Shown here in pieces: positions 25,439 through 34,200 of a stretch of 37,307 nt of DNA. This DNA is from a virus. The translations under genes and the position numbers were made by a program. Numbering within the stretch: position 1 is the first letter of the stretch; the number at the start of each line of letters is the position of its first letter. A model generated the notes under the pieces. The model ran no database searches and was not told the DNA's origin. It saw only the letters and a list, made by a program, of their open reading frames with translations. The stretch spans positions 1 to 37,307 of IMG/VR virus record IMGVR_UViG_3300002461_000488. One strand, written 5' to 3'.

Positions 25439-28400
25439 ATGAGATTAGTTGGTGGTGTAGTTGGTGCAGTGATAGGAGCATACTTTGGCAACCCTTATGC
25501 TGGTTACGCTATTGGTAGTGCTATCGGTGGTGCTTTTGAACCACCACAAAAATTTAAACAAGAGGGTCCAAGATTAACTGATTTGAAAGTTACTAATTCT
25601 TCTTATTCCATTGGAAAACCAAAAGTATTTGGAACTTATAGAATGTCAGGTAATTTAATTTTTTCAACAGCATTAAAAGAAACTGTTAATGTAGAAACAC
25701 AAGAACAAGGTAAAGGTGGTGGTGGAACTGAAACAGAAACTACAACATATACTTATCGTGCAACTTGCGCTTATGCTTTATGTGAGGGTATTATTTCTGG
25801 TGTTCGTCGTATTTGGTGGGAGGGTAAATTAGTTTATGATTATTCACAAAACAATAACGGTTTTATAGGTAATATTGGTGGATATATTAAGGTTTATAAT
25901 GGAACTGAAACACAACTACCAGATCCATCAATTGAGGCTGAATTAGGTGTAGGAGAAGTGCCAGGATACAGAGGAACAGCATATATAGTATTTACAGATA
26001 TGCAATTGGCTGAATTTAATAATCGTATACCTAATTTTACATTTGAAGTAATAAGATCACCTAATAATGTTAATACAGGTAAATTTGATATTATTGATGT
26101 AAGTGCTGATTTATCAAGTAAAAATACTGGTTATTTAGAATATAATGAAGTAAATCGTTTTATATATTTAAATGTTAATAATGCAAGTCCTAATCCTGAA
26201 TTATATAAATTAGATCCATATAATAATACTATTGTTGCAAGTAATTTAACATTACCAAATAATTCATCATATAATGATGTAGTTAAAAGTATGAAAATAA
26301 ATATATTACAAAATGGTGATTTAGTTATTGGTAATAAAAATATTTCTGGTTTTGGTACTGGTTGGTATGTATTAGATCAAGATAGTTTACAAATTAAACA
26401 AATTATAGATTATAGAAATATACCAGACTGGACAGGATATACAACAGCAAGTTTTAGAGCACCACCAAACTTACAATCTTATAAAGATGGTGATATTGAT
26501 TTTTATGTTGGTTGTTCACAAAATGCAAGTCTTGGTTTTCAATTTTTTAAATTTACAAGTTTTAATGGTAATTTTGCAATTAACGATTGGTCATTGGCTA
26601 TTAGTAATCCAGCAGTTAACATAGGAACATTACCACAATCAAGTTTAACTTATGGAAATATTTTTAATGTTGATAAAGTTACTAATAAAGTATATTGGAC
26701 TGTTTCAACACAAAATTATCAAAGTTCTGGGAATAGAGCACTTGTTTTAAGTTGTTTTGATATGAGTAGTAAATTAGTAACTGATAATTACCAATTATTA
26801 AAATCAAGTGCTACTGATAGTTTTAATGTTCAAGATATGTTTTTTGATAAAATAACAAGATGTATTTTTATTTTATATCATAATGTAACTACAAATCGTG
26901 GTTATTTTATGAAATATAATGTAGACACAAATACAATTATAAGTGACATAGTAATAACTGATGGTATGGGTAATTATCCAAGTTTAAGTGGTACTAATAA
27001 AACTGTTGGTATGGATAAAAGTTTTAGAAGATTATATTTTCCTTATTCTGTTTCAATTTCTGGAACAACAAGATATTTTATTTATTATTTAAAAGTTGAT
27101 ACAAATGATTTTGAAGTTTTAGAAACTACAAATAATTCAAGTTGGACTACAAATAATATTGGTAATACTAATAGTGCTTTTGCAACTCAATTAGGTTGTG
27201 AGTTTTATTTAGGTAATAATTCATCAACAAAAATATTAAAAAATTATGGACCAAGATTAACACTTGGAACATATCCATTAGATCAATGTGTTTTAGAAAT
27301 AATTAAAGATAGTAAATTAGATTTAAATAGTGTTGATGTAACAGAATTATCAAGTGATGTTGTTTATGGTTTTTGTATTCCTAATTCAAGTGCAATTCGT
27401 GCTTGTTTAGAACAATTATCTATTGCTTATAATTTCAATATGGTTGAAAGTGATTATAAACTTAAATTTAGAAAAAATGGAGGTAATTCTGTTAGAACAA
27501 TTAATATTAATGAATTAAGTGCTGTAAATTATTCTCCTGATATTAAATTTGATAGTGATATTACAACAGAATCAAAAATGGAATTAGAATTACCACAAAT
27601 GGTTAATTTAACATATGCAGATATAGACCGTGATTATCAAAATAATACACAAGAAAGTAAATATGAAAATGTAGACACAAACGAAATACAAAATATTGAG
27701 TTACCAATGGTATTTAATTCAAATCAAGCAAAGAAAATTGTTGATAGAATTTTATATCAACAATGGATAAATCGTTACACTTATACTTTCTCAACTAATT
27801 ATGATTATATAGAAATTGAGCCTTGTGATGTAATAACTATTGAAAGTGATACACAAAAATTTACTATGAAAATTCTTAAAAAAGAAAAGGGTGGTGGTAT
27901 TATTAAATGGACTGGTGTTGCTGAGGATAGTGCAGTTTTTACACAAATAAATAATGGTTCAAGTGGTGGAGATATTTCACAACAAATACCTGTAATATCA
28001 ACAAGTAAATTATTCTTTTTAGATATTCCAATATTACAAAACACTGATAATGATCCTGGTGTATATGTTGCATCAAATAGACAAAATAGTAATTTAACTT
28101 GGACTGGTTCAAGTGTTTATATTTCAGATCAAAGTAATGGTAATTATATTGAACAAGCAAGTTTTTTTAATGAAATAATAAGTGGAACAACAACAACAAA
28201 ATTAGATAATTTTATTTATGATAATATGACAGATGCTTTATCTTCTGTTACTGTTAAATTATTTAGAGGTACATTAGCAAGTATTAACGATGATCAATTA
28301 GATCAAGGTTATAATACTTGTTTAATAGGTGATGAAGTTTTACAATTTAAAAATGCAACATTAATTGATACAGATACATACACATTAGATACTTTTTATA

Positions 28401-28936
28401 GGGGTCGTTTTGGTAGTGAGCAATTTATATCACAACATAATATTGGTGATCGTTTTATTATACTTAATTCTTCAAGTAGAACTTTACAAAGAATAATGAA
28501 AGATCAATCACAACTTAATATTTTAAGATACTTTAAAAATGTATCATTTAAAGATAGTTTATTAAATACAAGTTATACACAATTTGTAAATACTGGTGTT
28601 GGATTAAAACCATATTCTGTAAACAATATACAAGCATTAAGATCAACAAATGGTAGTTTAAATGTAAAATTTACAAAAAGAGTTAGAGGTTTTGCACAAT
28701 TATTAGATTACAAAGATGCTTTTGATCCTGATGGAGATTATTACGAGGTTGATATTTGCACAGACAATACTTATTCTGTTGTAAAAAGAACATTAACAGT
28801 TAATGCAACAAATTTTGTATATACAACAGCAGATCAAATATCTGATTTTGGTTCAAATCAAGCAGTAATATATTTAATTATATATAAAACTAATAAAATT
28901 ATAGGTCGTGGTTATCAAAGTACAGCAGTTTTATGA
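25439..28936 (+). CDS. host-specificity / central tail fibre protein, RcGTA g15-like
   Basis: Gly-zipper N-terminus GGVVGAVIGAYFG..GSAIGGAF, then EGPRLTDLKVTNSSYSIGKPKVFGTYRMSGNLIF, typical of alphaproteobacterial phage tail proteins. 1165 aa. Confidence 0.75.
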   Translation: MRLVGGVVGAVIGAYFGNPYAGYAIGSAIGGAFEPPQKFKQEGPRLTDLKVTNSSYSIGKPKVFGTYRMSGNLIFSTALKETVNVETQEQGKGGGGTETETTTYTYRATCAYALCEGIISGVRRIWWEGKLVYDYSQNNNGFIGNIGGYIKVYNGTETQLPDPSIEAELGVGEVPGYRGTAYIVFTDMQLAEFNNRIPNFTFEVIRSPNNVNTGKFDIIDVSADLSSKNTGYLEYNEVNRFIYLNVNNASPNPELYKLDPYNNTIVASNLTLPNNSSYNDVVKSMKINILQNGDLVIGNKNISGFGTGWYVLDQDSLQIKQIIDYRNIPDWTGYTTASFRAPPNLQSYKDGDIDFYVGCSQNASLGFQFFKFTSFNGNFAINDWSLAISNPAVNIGTLPQSSLTYGNIFNVDKVTNKVYWTVSTQNYQSSGNRALVLSCFDMSSKLVTDNYQLLKSSATDSFNVQDMFFDKITRCIFILYHNVTTNRGYFMKYNVDTNTIISDIVITDGMGNYPSLSGTNKTVGMDKSFRRLYFPYSVSISGTTRYFIYYLKVDTNDFEVLETTNNSSWTTNNIGNTNSAFATQLGCEFYLGNNSSTKILKNYGPRLTLGTYPLDQCVLEIIKDSKLDLNSVDVTELSSDVVYGFCIPNSSAIRACLEQLSIAYNFNMVESDYKLKFRKNGGNSVRTININELSAVNYSPDIKFDSDITTESKMELELPQMVNLTYADIDRDYQNNTQESKYENVDTNEIQNIELPMVFNSNQAKKIVDRILYQQWINRYTYTFSTNYDYIEIEPCDVITIESDTQKFTMKILKKEKGGGIIKWTGVAEDSAVFTQINNGSSGGDISQQIPVISTSKLFFLDIPILQNTDNDPGVYVASNRQNSNLTWTGSSVYISDQSNGNYIEQASFFNEIISGTTTTKLDNFIYDNMTDALSSVTVKLFRGTLASINDDQLDQGYNTCLIGDEVLQFKNATLIDTDTYTLDTFYRGRFGSEQFISQHNIGDRFIILNSSSRTLQRIMKDQSQLNILRYFKNVSFKDSLLNTSYTQFVNTGVGLKPYSVNNIQALRSTNGSLNVKFTKRVRGFAQLLDYKDAFDPDGDYYEVDICTDNTYSVVKRTLTVNATNFVYTTADQISDFGSNQAVIYLIIYKTNKIIGRGYQSTAVL

Positions 28937-28986
28937 TTGTAATATTAAAAATATTTGATATAATTTTAAAAAAAGGAATAATATAA

Positions 28987-30069
28987 ATGAGAACATTATC
29001 AACAAATCAAGCACAAAAAGAAGTAATTATAAATGAAAATTTTAAAGCAATTGAAGCCTCACAAGTTTTTGGTTGGAGAGTACAAACAACTACTGGTTTA
29101 AGTTTTGCTTATTGGGGTGGAACATATCAAAATAGTGCTGGTGCATTAATAACAATTAGTGATGGTACTGTAACAGTAACAGAATCAACAAGTAATAATT
29201 ATATATATTTTGATCCAGTTACAAATACTGTATTAAATTCCGCAACTGTTCCAGCAACTGGTAAAATAAGAATAGCAAGAGTTACAGCAGACGCAACAAA
29301 AATAACAGCAGTTGCAGATGAAAGAAATTTTGCATTATTTCCAGTTGGAACTTCTAATAGTTTGGCTGGTGGTGGTAGTTCATTTGTTACACAAGCAGAC
29401 TGGGAAATTACAAACGTTGCTGGTAGAGTTGTTACAATAAGACAAGGTAGATCAACTTATAGTAACTCTACGGAGTATACATCAACTTTCGTTCAAAATT
29501 TAACTGGAACAACTAATTTAACATTACCAGCATCATCATCTGGTTATATAGTTGCAACAAGTGGATCACCTTACGTTGCCTCTGTAACTTCATTAGGAAC
29601 ACAAACTACAAATATGTTAGGTGTATTATATTATTATACAACTAATTCAACTAATGTAACTTTACTTGTAGATTGTACAAAAAGTGGATTACCAAGATTA
29701 CATAATGTTTTTGAAAATTTAATTGCAGTAACTGGTAATTTATCAAAAGCAAATGTATTTACAGCACCTTGGACAACACAAAACCATACGGGAAATTTAT
29801 CAAGTAGTTATAGATATGATGCTTTTTTAAGATGTTTAACAGCAGAGCAAGGTTATGGTGTTGGAGATATTATCCCTATATTAACTGGGCCAGTTGGTGC
29901 TGGTAGTGAATGTTATCCAGCAACTGTAAGAGCATATGGAACAAATGGTAATACTGTTGCAATTGTATTAGACGCAGCAATTAAAGCACAATCTTTAACA
30001 ACATTTACAATAGTTGATTTAACACCAGCAAACTGGCAAATGAGATGTAGAATATACCCAATAAGATAA
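28987..30069 (+). CDS. DUF2793-like tail fibre / receptor-binding protein
   Basis: N-terminal QAQKEVIINENFKAIE matches the DUF2793 QxQKxVxxNExL signature. The remainder is S/T/G-rich. Confidence 0.6.
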   Translation: MRTLSTNQAQKEVIINENFKAIEASQVFGWRVQTTTGLSFAYWGGTYQNSAGALITISDGTVTVTESTSNNYIYFDPVTNTVLNSATVPATGKIRIARVTADATKITAVADERNFALFPVGTSNSLAGGGSSFVTQADWEITNVAGRVVTIRQGRSTYSNSTEYTSTFVQNLTGTTNLTLPASSSGYIVATSGSPYVASVTSLGTQTTNMLGVLYYYTTNSTNVTLLVDCTKSGLPRLHNVFENLIAVTGNLSKANVFTAPWTTQNHTGNLSSSYRYDAFLRCLTAEQGYGVGDIIPILTGPVGAGSECYPATVRAYGTNGNTVAIVLDAAIKAQSLTTFTIVDLTPANWQMRCRIYPIR

Positions 30070-30091
30070 TTTAATAAATTATTTTATATTA

Positions 30092-30125
30092 AACCCATAT
30101 ATTAAATTTTTATATGGGTTTTTTA
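30092..30125 (+). terminator. rho-independent terminator
   Basis: AACCCATATA / TATATGGGTT hairpin plus a T-run. Confidence 0.7.
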
Positions 30126-30195
30126 TTTTTTATATTGTTTTTCAATCATATATACAATAAAATAAATTTATCTTTAAAAATAATGGAGTATTAGA

Positions 30196-30513
30196 ATGAC
30201 AACAAATATAGAGCGTGAATTAGGTAAATTAGAAAGTAAAATAGATAATTTAGATAAAAGACAAGATAAAGTAGAACAAGATTTTAAAAGTGAAGTTAAT
30301 ACTTTAAAAAATGATATTAAAGATTTAAAAAGAGAGTTACAAGGAGATTTTAAAGACTTAAAAAAATCTGTTGATGATATATCACTTGGAATTAATGAAT
30401 TAAAAAATTTTGATAGTAATCAAGTTGCTGGTTGGAAAACAGTAACAATTATGGCAACAATAACAACAACATTAATATCTTTTGTTTATGCAATTTATCA
30501 ACATTTTAAATAA
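30196..30513 (+). CDS. coiled-coil protein with C-terminal TM anchor (XhlA-like / holin-associated?)
   Basis: A heptad-rich N-terminal 75 aa, then WKTVTIMATITTTLISFVYAIY. Confidence 0.45.
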   Translation: MTTNIERELGKLESKIDNLDKRQDKVEQDFKSEVNTLKNDIKDLKRELQGDFKDLKKSVDDISLGINELKNFDSNQVAGWKTVTIMATITTTLISFVYAIYQHFK

Positions 30514-30520
30514 TATTTAA

Positions 30521-30551
30521 AAAAACTATCCACTTTTTAGTGGATTTTTTA
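30521..30551 (+). terminator. rho-independent terminator
   Basis: ATCCACT / AGTGGAT hairpin plus T6. Confidence 0.7.
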
Positions 30552-30582
30552 ATTTTACAGTTGATTTGTATAAATATTTTAT

Positions 30583-30612
30583 TGACTTTTCAAAAAAATA
30601 CCAGTATAAAAT
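30583..30612 (+). promoter_or_regulatory. class-A promoter
   Basis: TTGACTTTTCAAAAAAATACCAGTATAAAAT. Confidence 0.65.
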
Positions 30613-30644
30613 AAATAACATAAAATTAAAAAGGAGATAATTAT

Positions 30645-31262
30645 ATGGAAATATTAGAAAAAGAAGAAAACCAAAAGGTTTCAGTAGTTTTAAAAAATGA
30701 AATTACAAAAGAGTATTTAAATGAATTTATAAAGCAACAACATTTAATAAGAGTTGAGGCACATAAAAATAAAGAAATGGGTTTTGATTGGGGTTTAGAA
30801 GATTTTATAAATTTAATGAGAACTTTACCTCCACAAAATTACGGTACAAGAATACAAAATAGAGTTATTAAAAATTTAAAATTTCAAAAATGTAAAGCAA
30901 GTGAAGATTGTGGGGACTGTTTAGATAATTTTGGAGATAATTACGAAATAAAAACAAGTATAATTGATGGTATTAATATACATTTAAATGTAATAAAAAT
31001 TAGACCTTGGGTTAAAGTAAATTATTATATTATAGCATTTGATTGCAGACCAGAATCTGTTTTTAAATGCTATTTTTTTAGATTAAGTAAAAATGAAATG
31101 GAACAAGAATTATTAATATTAAAAGCAAATCCAAGTAATCATACACAAAAATCAAATGAAGATAATAAAAATGTAGATCTTCGATTTTCAATAGAAATAG
31201 ATAATGAAAGTTGGAAAAGGTGGGTTAATAAATATTTATCAAATGCTTCTAATATAATTTAA
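30645..31262 (+). CDS. hypothetical protein with PD-(D/E)XK-like nuclease pattern
   Basis: GTRIQNRVIKNL ... DCLDNFGDNYEIKTS ... YYIIAFD. It is a self-contained unit with its own promoter and terminator. Confidence 0.5.
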   Translation: MEILEKEENQKVSVVLKNEITKEYLNEFIKQQHLIRVEAHKNKEMGFDWGLEDFINLMRTLPPQNYGTRIQNRVIKNLKFQKCKASEDCGDCLDNFGDNYEIKTSIIDGINIHLNVIKIRPWVKVNYYIIAFDCRPESVFKCYFFRLSKNEMEQELLILKANPSNHTQKSNEDNKNVDLRFSIEIDNESWKRWVNKYLSNASNII

Positions 31263-31272
31263 AGGTTTAAAA

Positions 31273-31428
31273 ATGATAATAAAAATAAAATATGAAGAAA
31301 AAGAATATATTTTTGATTTAATAGTAGGTATAACTTATTATATATATTTTGATAAAGAAAATAATACTTTATGTAAATCAAAAATAATAAACTATAAAGA
31401 AAAATTAATAAAAACAATAAAATTGTAA
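31273..31428 (+). CDS. small protein (51 aa) co-transcribed with the nuclease-like gene
   Basis: Hand translation: MIIKIKYEEKEYIFDLIVGITYYIYFDKENNTLCKSKIINYKEKLIKTIKL. RBS aaagg. Not in the ORF track. Confidence 0.4.
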   Translation: MIIKIKYEEKEYIFDLIVGITYYIYFDKENNTLCKSKIINYKEKLIKTIKL

Positions 31429-31446
31429 AAACATAAATAAAACAAT

Positions 31447-31473
31447 AAAGTCTATTTTTAATAGGCTTTTTTA
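31447..31473 (+). terminator. rho-independent terminator
   Basis: AGTCTAT / ATAGGCT hairpin (one G-U pair) plus a T-run. Confidence 0.55.
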
Positions 31474-31538
31474 ATTTTTAACATAGTAAATTAAAATAAA
31501 TACAATTATAATAAAAAAAAAGGTATATGGTGGTTAAA

Positions 31539-31901
31539 ATGAATATAAATGAAAAAGAAAAAATAAAAGAGCAAATAGTTGTTTTAAATAATCTTTTAGA
31601 AAGTTTAAATAATTTAGATCAAAATAATTCAAGAGTTCAAGAACAAATATTATTAGTAAAAAATCAAATAATTGATTATAATTTAGAACTTGTTGAAATA
31701 AATAAACACATACCTTTAAAAACAAGATTAATAAATAACTTTTTTAAAAGTAAAACTGTTATGTTAAATTTGGTTTTAATTGCTTTTGAATTATTAAATA
31801 TATTTACTGATATATTTAAAGATAGTAATAATGAAAATTTAAGAATGTTGGCAATAATTATACCAGCATTAACAATATATTTAAGAACATTTCAAAAATA
31901 A
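31539..31901 (+). CDS. holin candidate (start probably 31539 rather than 31527)
   Basis: Two C-terminal hydrophobic segments (VMLNLVLIAFELLNIF and MLAIIIPALTIYL), directly upstream of the endolysin. The ggtgg RBS favours the ATG at 31539. Confidence 0.5.
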   Translation: MNINEKEKIKEQIVVLNNLLESLNNLDQNNSRVQEQILLVKNQIIDYNLELVEINKHIPLKTRLINNFFKSKTVMLNLVLIAFELLNIFTDIFKDSNNENLRMLAIIIPALTIYLRTFQK

Positions 31902-31910
31902 GGATTTAAT

Positions 31911-32540
31911 ATGAATTTAGAAAAATTAAAAAAAGTATTATTAGGTGTTGGAGTTAAACAAAATAATGTAGATTTATACACACCAATATTAATTAAAGAA
32001 TGGGAATGTATTGGTTTAACTGATGATGAAAAACAACTTTGGTTTTTATCAAATTGTTTAACTGAGACAGGTTATTTAACTACATTAGTTGAGAATTTAA
32101 ATTATAGTGCTCAAAGACTAATGGCAGTATTTCCATCTTTATTTAAAACATTAGATTTTGCAAAACAATATGAAAAAAATCCAGAAAAATTAGCAAATTA
32201 TGTATATGACAGTAGAGTTAGAAAAAATACTATGGGTAATAATTTTGATGGGGCTGGTTGGAAATACAGAGGAAGAGGATTTTTTCAAACAACTTGGTAT
32301 GGAAATTATAAAATATTAGCAGAAAAAACAGGTATTGATTGTCTTAATAAACCTGAATTATTAGAAATACCAGAAATTGCTGTAAAAAGTGCAAGTATCT
32401 ATTGGAAAGTTGGAAATTTAAGTAATAAACCTAATTTAAAAGAAGTTAGGAAATCAATCGCTGGTAGTTATTTTGGTTATAATGATCATATATTACCAAA
32501 TTATTTAAAATTAAAATCTGTATATAATAAAGTATTGTAA
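31911..32540 (+). CDS. endolysin, glycoside hydrolase family 19 (chitinase-like)
   Basis: NCLTETGYLTTLVENLNYSAQRL ... GNNFDGAGWKYRGRGFFQTTWYGNY matches the GH19 phage lysin signature. Confidence 0.8.
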   Translation: MNLEKLKKVLLGVGVKQNNVDLYTPILIKEWECIGLTDDEKQLWFLSNCLTETGYLTTLVENLNYSAQRLMAVFPSLFKTLDFAKQYEKNPEKLANYVYDSRVRKNTMGNNFDGAGWKYRGRGFFQTTWYGNYKILAEKTGIDCLNKPELLEIPEIAVKSASIYWKVGNLSNKPNLKEVRKSIAGSYFGYNDHILPNYLKLKSVYNKVL

Positions 32541-32568
32541 TTATTTATTTTTATGATAATATATTTAA

Positions 32569-32671
32569 AATAAGTTGACTGAGTTTGGTTTAAAGTTGAG
32601 TATACATAAAGCCTTAAAATCTTGTATAAAGTATATTTTAGGGTTCAAGAGTTCGAATCTCTTACTTATTT
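32569..32671 (+). tRNA. oversized tRNA-like gene, class-II-like; best guess Leu(UAA) with an aberrant anticodon arm
   Basis: Perfect 7-bp acceptor stem AATAAGT/ACTTATT and canonical T arm AAGAG-TTCGAAT-CTCTT. The D arm has GG in its loop. The middle section (~102 nt total) does not form a canonical 5-bp/7-nt anticodon arm by hand. Confidence 0.5.
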
Positions 32672-32679
32672 TTTACAAT

Positions 32680-32754
32680 CTGTGTTTAGGCTATTGGCAA
32701 GTCACTTCCTTTGGAGCGAAGATATAGTAAGTTCGATTCTTACAGCACAGACCA
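32680..32754 (+). tRNA. tRNA, probable Pro(UGG), with encoded CCA
   Basis: Hand-folded cloverleaf of 75 nt including CCA. Acceptor CTGTGTT/AGCACAG (one G-U), D stem GGCT/AGTC, anticodon arm CTTCC-TTTGGAG-CGAAG (C31-C39 mismatch) and T arm GTAAG-TTCGATT-CTTAC. Confidence 0.7.
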
Positions 32755-32770
32755 AAATTATATATAATAA

Positions 32771-32803
32771 GGCAATCAATAATGATTGTCTTTTCTTTTT
32801 TTT
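32771..32803 (+). terminator. rho-independent terminator after the tRNAs
   Basis: GGCAATCA / TGATTGTC hairpin plus a long T-run. Confidence 0.65.
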
Positions 32804-32836
32804 ATGATAGAATATTTTAAATAAAGGAGTTATTTA

Positions 32837-33061
32837 ATGGAAAATCAACATAGACTTATTAAAGGTTATAAAGAATTATCACAAGAACAAATTAATTTAA
32901 TGAATACAATTAAATCAAAAGGTGCTGAATTATTAATTTTAATTAAACAATTAGAACAAGATAAAGAAACTGATAAAAGGTGGGTTTCTATTGGTAAAAC
33001 AGACTTACAAACTGGATTTATGGCATTAACAAGAAGTGTAACTAAACCTGATTTTTTATAA
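32837..33061 (+). CDS. small helical protein, possibly of the Acb2/Tad1-hairpin-like family
   Basis: EQINLMNTIKSKGAELLILIKQLE ... DKRWVSIGKTDLQTGFMALTRSVTKP fits the recurrent phage motif RW.aIa.T.LQ.GfM...R as I recall it. Confidence 0.4.
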   Translation: MENQHRLIKGYKELSQEQINLMNTIKSKGAELLILIKQLEQDKETDKRWVSIGKTDLQTGFMALTRSVTKPDFL

Positions 33062-33065
33062 TACT

Positions 33066-33467
33066 ATGATATACTTAACATTAATAAAAACTCTCATTTG
33101 GGACAATAAAATAATAAGAAATATTTTTTTAGGCTTATTATTATTTATTATTTTGTATTTTTCTTATCAATCATTTTACAAATCAATTTATAATAAAGGT
33201 TATAATGAGGCTGTAAAAATAACTCAAAAAGATTTAAATAATAAATACAATATTGCAGTTGAAAAAATAAAAAAAGAAAATTTAGAACAAAGTTATACTG
33301 AAAATAAAAAATTAGAAGAGGCTCAAAAAACAAGAGATTTAATACAGAAACAGTATAACGAAACAAATAAAAAATTAAATGAATTAATAAAAAATAGTAA
33401 AAGTAATTTAGTTAATAAAGAGTGTAAAGCAGATAAAAAAGAAGTTGATTTTTTTAACGATAATTAA
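33066..33467 (+). CDS. type-II membrane coiled-coil protein, i-spanin (Rz-like) candidate
   Basis: N-terminal TM segment IFLGLLLFIILYFSY followed by a long K/E/N coiled region. Confidence 0.45.
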   Translation: MIYLTLIKTLIWDNKIIRNIFLGLLLFIILYFSYQSFYKSIYNKGYNEAVKITQKDLNNKYNIAVEKIKKENLEQSYTENKKLEEAQKTRDLIQKQYNETNKKLNELIKNSKSNLVNKECKADKKEVDFFNDN

Positions 33468-33476
33468 AAGGTTTAT

Positions 33477-33779
33477 ATGGATAAAATTATAGAAAATTTA
33501 GAACAAAAAGTATTTACAAAATATACAAAAGATTTAAGAGATTTAACTACTGATGTTAAACAAAAAATTTGTTTTGAATTTATTAAAGAAAGATTAAATA
33601 AAATTAAAGAAAGTAATTTTAAAGATAATTTAAAAAATTGGTTTTTAATTGTTGAAAATTTAAACCCAGAAATTGAAGAAGATATAGAACAATTAGAAAT
33701 GATTTTTTTAAGTTCAATAATGGAAACACAGGGTTTTAGAGTTTTTGCAAAAAAATATATTAAAGAAAATAAAAATTAA
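33477..33779 (+). CDS. hypothetical protein (100 aa)
   Basis: ORF with RBS aaagg. No motif recognised. Confidence 0.45.
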   Translation: MDKIIENLEQKVFTKYTKDLRDLTTDVKQKICFEFIKERLNKIKESNFKDNLKNWFLIVENLNPEIEEDIEQLEMIFLSSIMETQGFRVFAKKYIKENKN

Positions 33780-33790
33780 AGGTGGTTAAT

Positions 33791-34198
33791 ATGATTTGGG
33801 AAGAAGACGATGATTATGTAAATAATTATAAAATAAAAAATACTGTAAAATTTTTAAAAGAACAAATTAAAGATATTGAAGTTATTGCAGAAAAAAAAGC
33901 AACTGAATTATATTTAAATAAAAATAAATTAAATCAATTTAATAAAGACTTAAAAAGAAAAGAAGAAGAGTTAGAATGTTACAATATAATGTTTCCTAAT
34001 TATGAATATTTAAAACAATTTAGAGAAGAATTAACTATATATGATGAAGTTGAAGAATTAAAAGAAGATATAAAAAATTTACAAGGTAATATATCAATAT
34101 TAAATAAAACATTGGAATTACAAAAATCTAATTTAGATACTGAAATACAAAAAATAGTTAGGTTAAATGTAGATTTAAATTGGATTAAAAAGGATTAA
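33791..34198 (+). CDS. hypothetical coiled-coil protein (start probably the ATG at 33791 rather than the GTG at 33782)
   Basis: RBS aaaggtgg lies 6 nt upstream of the ATG at 33791. Confidence 0.45.
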   Translation: MIWEEDDDYVNNYKIKNTVKFLKEQIKDIEVIAEKKATELYLNKNKLNQFNKDLKRKEEELECYNIMFPNYEYLKQFREELTIYDEVEELKEDIKNLQGNISILNKTLELQKSNLDTEIQKIVRLNVDLNWIKKD

Positions 34199-34200
34199 TT

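Noticed and set aside
32611-32619. Reading the tRNA-like loop as CCUUAAA with anticodon UUA (ochre suppressor)
   Set aside because: That register puts C at position 33, where U is nearly invariant. The CUUAAAA register (U33, anticodon UAA, A37) is more plausible. No in-frame TAA recoding is needed to explain any gene.
32622-32807. 61-aa + strand ORF in the supplied track
   Set aside because: It runs straight through the 3' end of the tRNA-like gene, the hand-folded tRNA and the terminator, so the RNA genes explain the region better.
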